From the NCBI GenBank assembly GCA_951406725.2, contig OX597824.1, forward strand, positions 41,292,001 to 41,356,000: DNA of 64,000 bases, in the 5' to 3' direction. Positions 14,339 to 28,990 of this stretch are shown here, piece after piece. The notes under the pieces are model-generated. The model did not search any database. It was not told where the DNA came from and was given only the letters and a program-made list of their open reading frames with translations. The stretch's first letter is position 1, and each line of letters begins with the position of its first letter. The position numbers and the translations under genes were made by a program. This stretch comes from Octopus vulgaris (Eukaryota).

Positions 14339-15035
14339 AAAAAATTTTAATTCAAAATTTAACATTTAAGATCAGGCTCATTACAAATGTATGTTTTAAC
14401 TCCCTCATCTCGGTGACTATCAGAGATGCGTTTTGTAGTTCATTGTTTTTGCGAACCTGGACCGTTTTCACATTTTACTCCAGGTTCTCTCCTCTCCTAA
14501 TGGCTTGTCTAAGCTTTTTCAGTGTCTAAATGTACTGATAGCAGCTCATGGTACTCAAGATATCACACACACACACACACACACGAACACACATACGCGC
14601 ACACACACGCACACACTGATCATCACGGATCTGAGGGAGACAAAAGATATATTCATTATGAGCCTCATCTTGTATGTTAAAGTTTCTATTGAAGACGGGA
14701 AGACTGCGTAGTGGATGTACATGTATATTTCAAGGATTATTGCCCTTTTTATCAGCACCTCATCTAACCCATCAACTCTCCACGAGCACAACGCTTAAAC
14801 ACCTACTAGATTCAGCAGTGTAACACAATTAGATAGACCAATTTGCATACTAAACACATTCCCGGCAACTGGTACACATATATTAACTGATGGCCGGGTC
14901 ACTGTATTTCATTTTGCAATTATAATATAGAACCAAGTATATTATAGGTTCGCTACTCAATATTGAGTTTTAACCACGGACCGACCATAGCCTTGAAAGT
15001 GGATTTGGTTGACGGAAACTGAAAGAAGCCTCTCT

Positions 15036-15167
<132 letters not shown>

Positions 15168-15533
15168 TAAATATGTGCGTGTGTATCTGTTTTTCCCCAT
15201 CATCACTTAACAAGCGGTGCTGGTGTGTATACGTTCCCATAACACGCACACGCTGATCGTCACCGAATTGAGGAGTCAAAACATATTCATTACGTGCCAA
15301 GTATATTATAGGTTCACTATTCAATATTGTGTCTTAGCAGTGCGATATTTCCATTTGAAGTTTATCTCTATGAATTTTTCTACCGAATTCAGAGCAAGAA
15401 CGACACACGCACATAGACTGATAAAGACAGAATAACGCACAAACACAGACAAACGTATATACTTATACACACACACGCACGCACGCACATACACACAGGC
15501 ACGAACACGCACGCACACACAGATAGATATAAA

Positions 15534-15589
<56 letters not shown>

Positions 15590-15902
15590 TACATATATTT
15601 ATATGGTAAAATAAAAACTATCAGATATTGTAAATACATGTAGGGGCACGCATGCACTTACATTACTTACATTACTTTATTCTGATGCATCTGGATATTG
15701 AGTTCTAACTCCAGGTTATTAACATCACTATGCCTAATCGAAATATTAATGTGTGTGGTGCGTGTGTCTGTGAGTGTATGTATGTGGGTGTGAGTGTGCA
15801 TGCGTATGTATATGCTTGTGTCAATACATGTGAATATGTGTATATACATACACACATACGTACATAGATACATGTATACATACACACACACACATACACA
15901 CA

Positions 15903-15960
<58 letters not shown>

Positions 15961-16109
15961 CACGTATACATACGTGCGGAAAGTTGAATACACTTGAATA
16001 CACATACGTATGTAAATATGGATTCACTCATCTACACATACATACATACATACATACATACATACATACACACACACGCACACATACACACACACACTCA
16101 TATATATAT

Positions 16110-17057
16110 TAAATACAAAATGGGACAAGAACGCAAAAGATCCAGACAGTTATGTGATACAAAAAAGGGGACAGCAAAACATCCGGATAGACGATACATA
16201 GAAAACAATGCTGGGTCATTCAGAGTTTTCTTTCCTCAGTCGAGTTCCCCATTATCTTCCCAATTTCGGCTGGTTATACTCGAGATTGCTCCAATCTGAC
16301 CAGCCCCAAGGAAAAGCTAAGCTAAGAGCATTAGATTCCTTAGAAGAAAGCAGCGCATGTATACAAAAACAAGGACTGGAAAAGAAAACGGAGAATGTTA
16401 CACAAATACAAATAACAGGACATAAAAACAGGTGTCTTTCGACTAAGGACGAATCAAATTAAGCTGGCGTGTGTGGAAGTAAAGCCTTACGGCAGAGATA
16501 CAAGATTTCACAGGCACAGGGAGGAATATAGATGTTGCACGGACGGCGGCCGAACCAAGAAAGAAAGGTCAGGCTTGGCCGAACACCGGTCACGTGGGGA
16601 GAGAAGAGAGAGAGGTAGAGGCAGAGGGAAAGAAGAAATAAGGAAAGGCGAGAAAAATGGCAGAGACACAGTGAAGTAAAAAGAGGAGGGAAAGTTAGCA
16701 TGAAGAGAAGGCAAGAACATGTGAGAGAGGGGGAAAGAAAGAACGAAGTATGGAATGAACGAAGTAAGTGTGAAAGGGCTGATAGCAAGAAGGAAAGAAT
16801 AAAAGAAAGGAAGGAAGAACAGAGTCGTACAAGATTTAGATAAATATATACTTACATATAAGAGACCAAAGTGTACGTACGCCGCTATATATATAAAATA
16901 CAAAATGGGACAAGAACGCAAAACATCCAGACAGTTAGGTGATTAAAAAAAAAGGTGACAACAAAACATCCAGATAGACGATACAAAGAAAACAAGGACG
17001 GGTCATTCCCAGTTTTCTTTCCTCAGTCGAGTTCCAGATTATCTTTGCAATTTCGGC

Positions 17058-17060
<3 letters not shown>
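16110..17060 (-). mobile_element. Non-coding element with ~165-bp terminal direct repeats (pLTR-like), in (TA)n
   Basis: 16110-16275 is similar to 16897-17060. The element is homologous (reverse complement) to 24997-25845. Confidence 0.75.
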
Positions 17061-17099
<39 letters not shown>

Positions 17100-17141
17100 G
17101 CGTAAATATTCGTATGTGAGCACACACACACACACATAGAA

Positions 17142-17600
17142 AGAAGTAATATTTATCGCCGCATCAATATGGCTGTTGAAGCTACTACCGTTTTTAACCC
17201 CAGGAAGAGCTTCTTCCAGCTGGTTATCTATGCAATCTGTATCCGGCATATATTGCAAGCAGGGGAGCTAAACCCTACCATCTTTTATCATACGACAGGA
17301 TCACCAGACCGAACGGTTTCGGGCTATTTGTGTCCATCATCAGTGGTGAACACCCGGCCGTTAGAAATAAGAGGAATTCGCTCCAGCTCGCAATATATAG
17401 AAAACCAAACGACTATTAGTCACTGACCTTGCAGCAAGCAAAGCAGCGTGTTAGAAAATCTCTATAAGAGGTGAACGTAGAAAATATACTGAGAAGTAAT
17501 GTTTATCCCCATATCAATATGGCTGTTCGACGTTACTAATATTTTTAACCCCAGGAAGAGCCTCCTCGTGCTGGTTATCGATGCAGTCTACACCCGGTAT
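17142..17600 (-). mobile_element. Retrozyme-like element: HHR between ~110-bp direct repeats
   Basis: 17142-17250 is similar to 17492-17600 (period ~350 bp). HHR at 17301-17349. Confidence 0.7.
17301..17349 (-). ncRNA. Canonical type I hammerhead ribozyme (GUC site)
   Basis: Reverse complement TCACCA-CTGATGA-T-GGAC(ACAAATA)GCCC-GAAA-CCG(TT)CGG-TC-TGGTGA. Perfect 6-bp stem I. Confidence 0.85.
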
Positions 17601-18450
17601 AAAGATTTCCTAACTAGCTACTTTACTTATATATATACTACTAAATGAATATTTGAGACAATATGACGACAAAAAACAGTTCCCCATACTCTACCAGCAT
17701 GGAGGCAACCTGGGTCAACTTCATATCTGCATTTTATCCAAGCGCACAAAGGACCTAACACTCAGACAAATACAGAAGTACGTCCTCATAAATGAAACTC
17801 CCCCAATACTAAATATGAAATATATATAGTAGATATCATACCCCCATACCCACAGTTTACACAAGCAGAGTAAAATAGTTAGTGGGCTGTTATGGAGATT
17901 GATGTATGTGTGAGTTTGGGGGTGTATGTATATATATGTATATGCACATGCATGTAAGCATATGGATATGAAAGTAAACATTAACATACAGATGGATAGG
18001 TACATAGGTTATGTGAACAGACAATCACACATACACAAATGAAGATGAAATACATGACCATATATATGCACACACTTAACTTCACACAAGGACACATATG
18101 GAGATGCAAATCCATACATACAAACACGGTACATAGTTGCAAAATATACATACATACACACACACAAATACTCAGACATGCACACACAAGGAGACAGACG
18201 TACACACACACATATACAAAAACACACTCACGCACACACACATACATAAAAATGCACAAACACAGACACGCAAGCACGTATATGCAGAATACATACATAC
18301 AAATATACACACACATATATATATATATATATATGCACACACACATACATGCATACACAGACATGCATACATACATGCATGCATGCATACATACATACAT
18401 ACATACATACATACATACATACATACACACATGACACACAAACGCAGTGT

Positions 18451-18789
18451 TGTTAGATAATAAGGTGCTAAAAGAGAATGACTCTCTCCAGACACAGACA
18501 TGCATACATACATGCATGCATGCATACATACATACATACATACATACATACACACATACATACATACACACATGCATGTATAGACACACACATGCATGTA
18601 TAGACACACACATGCGCACAAACAAACAAACAAAAAGGAACGCAGTGTGAATAACGGACAAAGTCAAAACTATTGAAAAGGTTGCAAGACGCAACGAAAA
18701 TTTTAGAAAAATAAAAAAGAAATAAGTCGAAATTTTACCGGTGAGTGTGTTAGATAATAAGGTGCTAAAAGAGAATGACTCTCTCCAGA
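18451..18789. repeat. 42-bp exact direct repeat (18451-18492 / 18748-18789)
   Basis: TGTTAGATAATAAGGTGCTAAAAGAGAATGACTCTCTCCAGA occurs twice. Confidence 0.85.
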
Positions 18790-18865
18790 AACAACAGAAT
18801 ATGCTTCAACACACGAATTCACATAAATATAAAATTCACCAAATACAAAAACGAACTATATATAT

Positions 18866-19023
18866 ATAATTTACAAGATAAGGGCAGAAGAAAAATTCTA
18901 ATGCCAGATACGCCGAAACAAAAAAATTGTCGATAACCATTAAATTTAATGGTTATCGACAATTTTTTTGTTTCGGCGTATCTGGCATTAGAATTTTTCT
19001 TCTGCCCTTATCTTGTAAATTAT
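18866..19023. repeat. Perfect 158-bp palindrome
   Basis: No spacer. Centre AAA|TTT at 18944/18945. Lies between (TA)n tracts. Confidence 0.93.
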
Positions 19024-19107
19024 GTATAAATTTGACCTTTAAAAGTATTTTTTGATATGCTGGCCATTGATAAAAACATTTTTCCGAAAAATTTTTTATC
19101 CTATATC

Positions 19108-19232
<125 letters not shown>

Positions 19233-19248
19233 TATGCGTGCATGTGTG

Positions 19249-19519
19249 GAGGCGCAATGGCCTAGTGGTTAAGATCGTGGTTTCGATTCCCAGACCGGGC
19301 GTTGTGTGTGTTTATTGAGCGAAAACACACACACCCTGCTCCAGCAGGAGGTGGTGGCGACCCCTGTTGTACACTTTCGCCACAGCTTTCTCTCACTCTC
19401 TTCCTGTTTCTTTAGTAACGCTGCGATGGACTGGCGTCTCCTCCAGCTGGTGGGAACACATACACCACAGAAACCGGGAAACCAGGCCCATGAGCCTGGC
19501 TAGGCTCGAAAAGGGCGAA

Positions 19520-19520
<1 letters not shown>
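19249..19520 (+). mobile_element. SINE family C (tRNA-derived)
   Basis: GGAGGCGCAATGGCCTAGTGGTTAAG...GGTTTCGATTCCCAGAC. Matches 23862-24135 on the reverse strand. Confidence 0.8.
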
Positions 19521-19607
<87 letters not shown>

Positions 19608-19929
19608 TCATACATATACATATAAACAAACAAACAAAAATACATACATATTTACATACATATATATACACACATACACACATACATACATACATACATA
19701 CATACATACATACATACATACATACATACATACATACATACATACATACATTCATGTATATATGATATGAGTGTGTGAAGAACACATTTACTAGGAGCTA
19801 AATGTATTACTATTTAAAAGTTTGATTCGGCTGTATACGACTAACAGTTTCGCAGACTTCTTACGTATCGTGCTTGCACATGTTTGTGTGTTTATGCATA
19901 GTTATGTAACGCCTATTTATTTAGAGATT

Positions 19930-20294
19930 CTCTCTTTCTCTTTTACTTGTTTCAGTCATTTGACTGCGGCCATGCTGGAGCACCGCCTTTAATCGAGCAA
20001 CTCGACCCCGGGACTTATTCTTTGTAAGCCCAGTACTTATTCTATCGGTCTCTTTTTTGCCGAACCGCTAAGTGACGGGGACGTAAACACACCAGCATCG
20101 GTTGTCAAGCGATGCTAGGGGGACAAACACAGACACACAAACACACACATATATATATATAAATCCACTCACAAGGCATTGATCGGCCCGGGGCTATAGC
20201 AGAAGACATTTGCCCAAGATGCCACGCAGTGGGACTGAACCCGGAACCATGTAGTTGGTTAGCAAGCTACTTACCACACAGCCACTCCTGCGCC
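19930..20294 (-). mobile_element. SINE family A
   Basis: Near full-length reverse copy. Confidence 0.9.
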
Positions 20295-21076
20295 TATATT
20301 TGTAAATTTTGCTCAAATATGTGAAGTGTATATGTGCATACTTCTGTGTGTTATTTTATGCTTGTATAAGTGAAACCAAAGACCTTTTCCCATTTTATCC
20401 TTCTTTTTTTACTAGCATATTTATTTTAATTATACATTTTTTCAAATACAATAAACATATGCTACTCCAGGTTTTGACTGATTGTAATAACACACAAAGC
20501 AATGTTATTGTGTGATTAAGAAGTCAGGCATTACGAATACAATAAATAAATAAATAAAAAATAATCGTTATTTTGATTGGACATTACACAAATACATCAA
20601 TATATAAATGAACAGGACACCATCTTGAAAGTTGGGGCGATATCATGATTATGTGAACCAACTCTTTTGCATTGTTATATTCGAGTGATAGTATCTAGCT
20701 ATCTGTACGATTTAGGTCACTGTGACTTTAGGGAATTTTTATGTACTTTTTTTTCTTTCATTTTATTTTATTTTATCTTTTTTAAAATACACACCCTGTC
20801 AACGGGAGATTCTCTATGTGTTCGTTGGACATGCTAGAAATAAAAGCCAAATGTCGCTTTAAATCAATAGGCTACTGCGTACGAGTTCAAAGAACCGTCG
20901 GACAATCGGACAACAACTGTGTGTGTGTGTATGTATGTGTGTGTGTGTATGTGTGTGTGTGTGTGCGCGCATACACACACATGTACAAAATATAACAAAA
21001 AACTGCAGTGTTTTGCTCATGTCCGTACTTACATGCAATGAAATAAAAACACGAACAAAACACGTTTAATGTGTGC

Positions 21077-21168
<92 letters not shown>

Positions 21169-21257
21169 TTATGCATATATATACACATGCATATACATAT
21201 GTACATATATAAATCTATCTATCTATCTTTATATATATATATATATATATATATCCT

Positions 21258-21697
21258 TTATCTCTTTTTACTTGTTTCATCCATTAGACTGCGGTCATGC
21301 TGGGGCACTGCTTTGAAGAATTTTTATTGTCGAATGATCGACCCCAGTACTTACATTTTGTTAAGCCTGGTACTTTTACTATCATTCACTTTTCATGAAC
21401 TGCTATGTTACGGGAATACAAACACATCAACACCGGTTGTTAAGCAGTGGTGGCGGACAAATACAGACACGAACACACACACACACACACACGCGCACAC
21501 ACAAACACAGACACATACACACTCACACACACACTCACACAGAGGACGGGCTTCTTTTAGTTTCCATCTACCAAATCCGCTCATAAGGCTTTAATCAGCC
21601 CGAGGCTATAGTGGAAGAAACTTGCCCAAGGTGCTACGCAGTGGGACTGAATCTAGAACCATGTGGTTAGGAAGCAAGCTTCTTACCACACAGTCAC
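21258..21697 (-). mobile_element. SINE family A (diverged)
   Basis: Reverse copy with internal CA tract. Confidence 0.8.
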
Positions 21698-21968
21698 CCG
21701 TGTATGTATTATGTAAGCGGGTTTATGATATGTATGTGTTTGTATACGAGTCTCTGTGTGTGTATGTGTTTGGCTGTCCTCCTACTACTGGATAACCGGT
21801 GTCTCATTGTTTGCGTTCCTGTAATTTAGCGATTCGTCATTAGGATGGGGTGCAATAGAATACATACTAGACTACAAAGAAAAAAAAAACACTTATACAT
21901 ATGTGTGTGTGAGTGTGTATGTATATAAATATATATACATATATATGTATGTATACACACACACACAC

Positions 21969-22037
<69 letters not shown>

Positions 22038-22348
22038 TATATACATTATACGTACGTACACATATATTCATAGATATATGCTTATATGTATTGATACATT
22101 TTTTTTATATATGCACATATAGAAGTTATGATAAACAACAATTTCTATATTTGCATCCTACGCACGTTTCACCATTCAGGTTGTTTGGAACCAGAGTATT
22201 GGATTTTGAAAGTGCAATTAAATGCTTAAAAACGACGTATCAACAAAGGAACATTTTATAGAAATATGTTACTGCGGTCAAATTCCCAAATTTGGACTGA
22301 TGGCAAGTTGTAAGCAAGGTGTAAAGGAAAGAAAGAAAAGAAAATACA

Positions 22349-22419
<71 letters not shown>

Positions 22420-22646
22420 GAGGGAGTGAGAGTGAAAGAGGGAGAGAAAGGGAGAGAGAAAGAGAGAGAGACTGGGAAGGGAGGACAGACACATTGTAAA
22501 AGAGGGTATGTTTTGTAATGGTTAGTTTTTTCTTGTTTTTAAAGCTAATTATTGAAAACGTTAAAACACTCATTTTATGACAGTCACACACACACACACA
22601 CTCGCGCACATACATATACACACATATATATGTGCACACACACATG

Positions 22647-22679
<33 letters not shown>

Positions 22680-22777
22680 ATATATACATTTAAGTATATT
22701 AAGTATATTAGTTTGGGATCAAGTTGAGCGGGTATAGAGGCAATTATGCGGACAAACAAATTGAATACATCAAATAT

Positions 22778-22997
22778 ATTTCTTTATTGCCCACAAGGGG
22801 CTAAACACGGGGGGGGGACAAACAAAGACAGACAAAGGGATTAAGTCGATTACATCAACCCCAGTGCCAAACTAGTACTTTATTTATCGACCCCGAAAGG
22901 ATGAAAGGCAAAGTCGACCTCGGTGGAATTTGAACTCAGAACGTAACGGATAAGCATTTAGCCCGGCTCGCTAACGTTTCTGCCAGCTCGCTGCCTT
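22778..22997 (-). mobile_element. SINE family B
   Basis: Reverse copy. Confidence 0.88.
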
Positions 22998-23272
22998 AAA
23001 ATACATCAAATATATTAAATGTAAATAGTTTAGGTATGAAATACAAAAATATGTATATACAGGCCAAACGAGAGAAAGCAAAAGGTGGATACTTCCAGAT
23101 GATTAATTTCTAAGAATGAAAATTAGATATTTATATTAATAGGTTCAAAGTACAGGGAAAATTAAAGGGGAGAAGGGTGTTATAAGTCAAACAGCTGTTT
23201 CTGTGTGCTGGGTGATTCATAATAAAATTTCATACCCACACTAATGTTTATATATACATTTATGCATATATA

Positions 23273-23434
23273 GGCGCAGGAGTGGCTGTGTGGTAAGTAG
23301 CTTGCTAACCAACCAGATGGATCCGGGTTCAGTCCCACTGCGTGGCATCTTGGGCAAGTGTCTTCTGCTATAGCCCCGGGCCGACCAATGCCTTGTGAGT
23401 GGATTTGGTAGACGGAAACTGAAAGAAGCCCGTC

Positions 23435-23484
<50 letters not shown>

Positions 23485-23710
23485 GTGTGTATGTGTGTCT
23501 GTTTGTCCCCCTAGCATTGCTTGACAACCGATGCTGGTGTGTTTACGTCCCCGTAACTTAGCGGTTCGGCAAAAGAGAGCGATAGAATAAGTACTGGGCT
23601 TACAATGAATAAGTCCCGGGGTCGATTTGCTCGACTAAAGGCGGTGCTCCAGCATGGCCGCAGTCAAATGACTGAAACAAGTAAAAGAGAGTAAAAGAGA
23701 GAAAGAGAGA
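23273..23710 (+). mobile_element. SINE family A, full length
   Basis: tRNA-like head GGCGCAGGAGTGGCTGTGTGGTAAG...GGGTTCAGTCCC, internal (TA)n/(TG)n, tail CAGCATGGCCGCAGTCAAATGACTGAAACAAGTAAAAGAG. Confidence 0.92.
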
Positions 23711-23861
23711 GTATATATGTATATACATTTGAAAGAATGAATAGAAATGGGTTTTCTGATGATTTTTCTACATTAATAATTGCATACATACGGATACATA
23801 TATATACGTAAATATGTATACATACGTACGTACATACATACATACATTTTTTTTTTATTTA

Positions 23862-24135
23862 TGCGCCCTTTTCAAGCCTAGCCAGGCTCATGAGCCCGGT
23901 TTCCCGGTTTCTATGGCGTATGTGTTCCCCCCAGCCAGTCCATCGCAGCGTTACTCAAGAAAGTGAGAGAAAGTTGAGGCCAAAGAGTACAACAGGGGTC
24001 ACCCCCTGCCGGAGCCTCATGGAGCTTTTAGGCTTTTTCGCTCAATAAACAAACACAACGCCCAGTCTGGGAATCGAAACCGCGATCCTCCGACTGCGAG
24101 TCCGCTGTCCTAACCACTGGGCCAATGCGTCTCCT
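23862..24135 (-). mobile_element. SINE family C
   Basis: Reverse copy with A/B boxes. Confidence 0.8.
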
Positions 24136-24140
24136 CGCAT

Positions 24141-24173
<33 letters not shown>

Positions 24174-24199
24174 ATCGACACACACACACACATATATAT

Positions 24200-24259
<60 letters not shown>

Positions 24260-24494
24260 GTATATATGTGTGTGTGTGTGTGTACGCACACAAACACACA
24301 TGTGCACATGCATGCATACATGTGTTTGCCAATCTCTATGTTCTACTTGACGTAGATGTGTGGTTAGAATGCCGTATTACTGCGCTGTTTGCCTGGAGTA
24401 ATCCTCTCAGACTGACGTCTAGTTCTGAGAAGCACTGTATTGCATTAGATAAGTATATGTGCATGCATATAGTCATGTAAGGCTCTAGCACTTA

Positions 24495-24985
24495 TTTTAT
24501 TTTAAGCCTGATACTTATTCTGTCGCTCTCTTTTCCCAAACCGCTATGTTACGGGAACGCAAACACACCAACACCGGTTTTCAAGCGGTAGAGGTGGGAC
24601 AAATGCAGTACACACACACACACATGTATGTATATGTAAAATCCAAGCATCGAGGTGTAGGAAGAAAGACCTTCTTTCAGTTTCCTCTCTACCAAATGCA
24701 CCCTCAAGGCTTTGGTCAGCCCGAGGCTTTAGTAGAAGACTTGCCTAAGGTGCCAGGCAGTGGAACTGAACCCAGAACCATGTGGTTAGGAAGTAAACGT
24801 CTTACCACGCAATCTCGCCTGCACCTATATTGGCTGCGTGGTAAGTAGGTTGCTTACTAACCACATGGTTCCGGATTCAGTCCCACTGCATGGCACCTTG
24901 GGCAACTGTCTTCTACTATAGCCTCGGGCTGACCAAAGCCTTGTCAGTGGATTTGGTAGATGAAAACTGAAAGAAGCCTGTCGTA
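24495..24985. mobile_element. Two family A SINEs head-to-head (24495-24825 minus; 24830-24985 plus)
   Basis: Divergently oriented tRNA-like heads. Confidence 0.8.
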
Positions 24986-24996
24986 TACATATATAT

Positions 24997-25838
24997 GTCG
25001 TCTTCTAGGTGTTTCACGTTCTTGTCCCAGTTTGTATATATTTTTTACTTTTTACATATATAATGGCGACTCCGTACCCACACTTTTGTCCTTATACGTA
25101 AGTATATATTCTCTAACATTGGTACGACTCTTGTTCTGTCTCTGTCTCTTTCTCTCTCTCTCTTCTCCTCCCTTATTCCCCTTCTTTCTTTCTTTCTCTC
25201 TTCATCCGCCCCCCCTCCTACGCTTCTCTGCCTCTCATACCTTACACTTCCCTCGATCTGTCTCTTTCTTCTCCTCCCCTGTTCACCTTCTCTCTCTCCT
25301 CATCTGTCCCTTTCTTCTCTCTTTTGTTCTCACGTGACCAGCTAGCCACTGCCGTTTTGCCTTTTCGCATCCAGCAGTCGTTGTAGCAACACGTATTTGT
25401 TGTTTCCCGTGGCCATAAGGCACTCCTCTACAAGCCAACCCCAAACTCAACTCGTCCTGTCGAAAGATCCTTGTCCTACGTCCTGTTTTTGTTTTTATCT
25501 TTACCATTATTGTTTTTACGTTTTTGTATTCTTATTCGTGCTTTCCTTATTGTTTTCACGTATTTTTGTATTTTTATCCGTGTACATCGTCCGTTTTCCG
25601 TCCTTGTGTTGTATACATTCGAGGCTTTCTTCCAAGGGATCTAATGCGCTTGGCTTAGATTTCCCTTGGTGGCTGCCCAGGTCGGAGCAATCTCAAGATT
25701 AATCAGCCGAAATTGCGAAGATGATCCGGTTCTTGACTGATGACTGAGGGCTTCGAATGTCCTGTCCTGTGGTTCTTGTGTCGTCTTCTAGGTGTTTCAC
25801 GTTCTTGTCCCAGTTTGTATATATTTTTTACTTTTTAC

Positions 25839-25845
<7 letters not shown>
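24997..25845 (+). mobile_element. Non-coding element with ~65-bp terminal direct repeats (pLTR-like), inserted in the (TA)n of a SINE
   Basis: GTCGTCTTCTAGGTGTTTCACGTTCTTGTCCCAGTTTGTATATATTTTTTACTTTTTACATATATA at 24997 and 25780. The SINE A 5' half precedes it and the 3' half (25925-26105) follows it. Confidence 0.8.
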
Positions 25846-25900
<55 letters not shown>

Positions 25901-26889
25901 TGTGTGTGTATATATTATCTGTTCGTGTGTCTGTGTTTGTCCCCCACCATCGCTTGACAACCGATGTTGGTGTGATCACATCCCCGTAACTTAGCAGTTC
26001 ACCAAAAGGGACCGATAGAATAAGTACTAGGCTTAAAAATAATAAGTCCCGGGGTTGATTCGTTCGACTAAAGTCGCTGTCAAATGACTGAAACAAATAA
26101 AAGAAAAAAGAATATATGCACTACAAAAACATTCTTACATAAAAACACTGACATTATTTTTCCATTTCATCTAATTTTTACACTTATAGTGATTTGCTTC
26201 TCTTAAACAGGTAATTTTTCGTTAGGTGTGCCATTCAGAAATCGGCAAAGTGGTCACTGGTATTACACAGGTATTTATTGAATGTGACATAAGTTTATAA
26301 ATTATGTAATCGCCATCTGTTTGGAAATCATTCCTGTTATTTGAACTAATCTGGTTTCTGAACGTTACATATTGTTGTTAGCTGTTGTTGTTGGTTGTTG
26401 TCATTGCTACTTCTCATTGTTATTTATTCTCTTGTTAGCCTTGATGGAGCAAGAATTGAGATCATAGGCTTCCCATTCGAAACCACACGTATGTCTTTTT
26501 AGTTTACGAGCATCGCGGTAGTGAAGTGACCTGCATACTCTTAGTCGATTGAATGCGAGTCGAAGGAGATTTGGATTTCACTTTTTGCAAGTAGATGCTC
26601 TGTGTTCTAATTTTTCCATCGACAGTTTATTCTGATAGCAGCAAACAGACATCCTCGGGTTAAAAAGCACTCGTTATTTAGTTTAATTCTGTTATCTAAC
26701 CTTCACCGTCACATCGCTTAATTCTGTTATTCAACAGGCAAGGGCAGCCTTTTTCAAGTAGTGGGTCGGGTGAGAAATATACCTTCACTAGGCGGGCCGC
26801 ATTACTAAAAAAAAACTTTCAGGTAATTTTTCGTTAGGTGTGCCATTCAGAAAGTTCCCCTGGGCCGCAGCTTCTCCACCATTGTTACT

Positions 26890-27312
26890 CTACTCTTTAC
26901 TCTTTTACTTGTTTCAGTCATTTGACTGCGGCCATGCTGGAGCACCGCCTTTAGTCGAGGAAATCGACCCCCCCCCCCCCCAGGACTTATTCTTTGTAAG
27001 CCTACCACTTATTCTATCGGTCTCTTTTGCCGAACCGCTAAGTTATGGGGGCGTAAACACACCAATATCGGTAGTCAAGCGATGTTGGGGGGGGGGACAA
27101 ACATAGACACACAAACACACACACATATATATATATATATACATATATACGACAGGCTTCTTTCAGTTTCCGTCTACCAAATCCGCTCACAAGGCTTTGG
27201 TCGGCCCGAGGCTATAGTAGAGGACACTTGCCCAAGGTGGCACGCAGTGGGACTGAACCCGGAACCATGTGGTTGGTAAGCAAGCTACTTACCACACAGC
27301 CACTCTTGCGCC
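26890..27312 (-). mobile_element. SINE family A, full length
   Basis: Reverse copy. Confidence 0.92.
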
Positions 27313-27707
27313 TATATAATTTTAGTTAGTTATGCTTGGTACTAGATCTCAAGGAGCAAATATATCGATACACATATACTCTATTGAAATGAATAACTCT
27401 TTAGCAGTATCGAACCCGTATTGATTTCTCAGAAATAAGCAAAAATCAAACGCTCGCCATGTGACACAGTTCTGTTTCACTGCACATCATTATAATTTAT
27501 CTTTCAGTTACGCACAGCTGTTCATATGAAATCGTGGTAGTTGATCAATAACTCCGATCAATATGTGTAGACATTTCCATACCTCTGCTTTTAAGCTCAT
27601 TGTTCAGTATCGACCATGTTTACATTACTTCACACTTCACATGATGAACTACCGAAATGGATTCTGGTTCAGTTGTTCATTGTCACACACGCCTAGACAC
27701 ACACGCA

Positions 27708-27750
<43 letters not shown>

Positions 27751-27823
27751 AGACACACACACACACGTAGACACAGGCACACACACACACACCTAGACAT
27801 ACAAACAGACACACACATATATT

Positions 27824-27860
<37 letters not shown>

Positions 27861-27875
27861 TTGAAGATATATCAG

Positions 27876-28032
27876 ACGTGGCTGTGTGGTTATGAAGCTT
27901 TCCTCTCAACCATCTGGTCTTAGGTTCAGTCCCACTGTACAGCCTTTGGGCAAGCGTCTTCTACTGTGGTCCCAAGCCGATCAATGCCCTGTGAGAAAAT
28001 TTAGTAGAAGGAAACTGAAAGAATCTCGTCGT
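27876..28032 (+). mobile_element. SINE family A 5' half (diverged)
   Basis: GTGGCTGTGTGG...GGTTCAGTCCCACTG. Confidence 0.65.
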
Positions 28033-28264
28033 ATATATACATATTGTGCGTGTATGTGTGTGTGCGTTTGTGTCTGTGTATGTGTTTTTGTTTCTGTTTT
28101 GGGGCTGTATTTGTATCCACTCCACCACTCACTTGAGATCGTGTGAAATATGTATGTACGTATGCGTGTATGTATGTATGTATGCATTTATGTATGAACG
28201 TATGTGTATATGTATGCATGAATGACTGTCTGTCTGTCAGTCTGTATGTATGTATGTATGTATG

Positions 28265-28990
28265 AAGAAAACCTGCAGCTCTTGATGGACTGCTTTTCAG
28301 CCGCGTATGTTGAGTTTGAACTTATAATCAGTCTTAGGAATATAATCATCTTACAAACTGCTCTAGGCAAGTCATATACCCCACCGTCGACACACGTCAA
28401 GGGCAAAACGTTTAAAGTCGCAGATGTGTTTGTCTACCTTGGTCGCATACTATCTATATTTAATTCACTCGACGAGGTCTGGTATAGAATTTTCTAAGGC
28501 TTCTGTTGCATTTGGGAAAGCTTGAATCGAGACTCTAGTCACAATCGGACATCAAAGCAGTTACAAAAGTTGAAGTCTGTCAAGCATAAATCACATCAGC
28601 GCTGTTGTATGGATGCGAGACATGGACAACCTACAACAAGCATGTCCAACATGTACAGCGATTCAACCAGCGATGCTTGCGTAATATCCTGAAGATCTCA
28701 TGGCGATCTCATGTATCAGATACAAGAGTACTGCAGTTGGCGAAAATGGCGAGTATCAAGTCCAAGATTGTGAAACACCAACTTAGACGGTCTGGTCATT
28801 ATGCCCATTTAGAAGAAACTCGCATGGGATTGGAGCAAGGAAGACGTCTCCAGTGCAAGCCGTGCAAGTGTTTGGAAGACAATGATAAAGACACTTTTGA
28901 AAAGATCGATATCAATACCAACACATGGGAAAATTTTACATCAGATAGGAGCAGTGGAGAAGTATAATGTTAGAGAATTCGAGAACAACA
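28265..28990 (+). pseudogene. RTE-clade LINE RT C-terminal remnant
   Basis: FVYLGRILS and LYGCETWTTYNKHVQHVQRFNQRCLRNILKISWRSHVSDTRVL, with stops and frameshifts. Confidence 0.85.
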
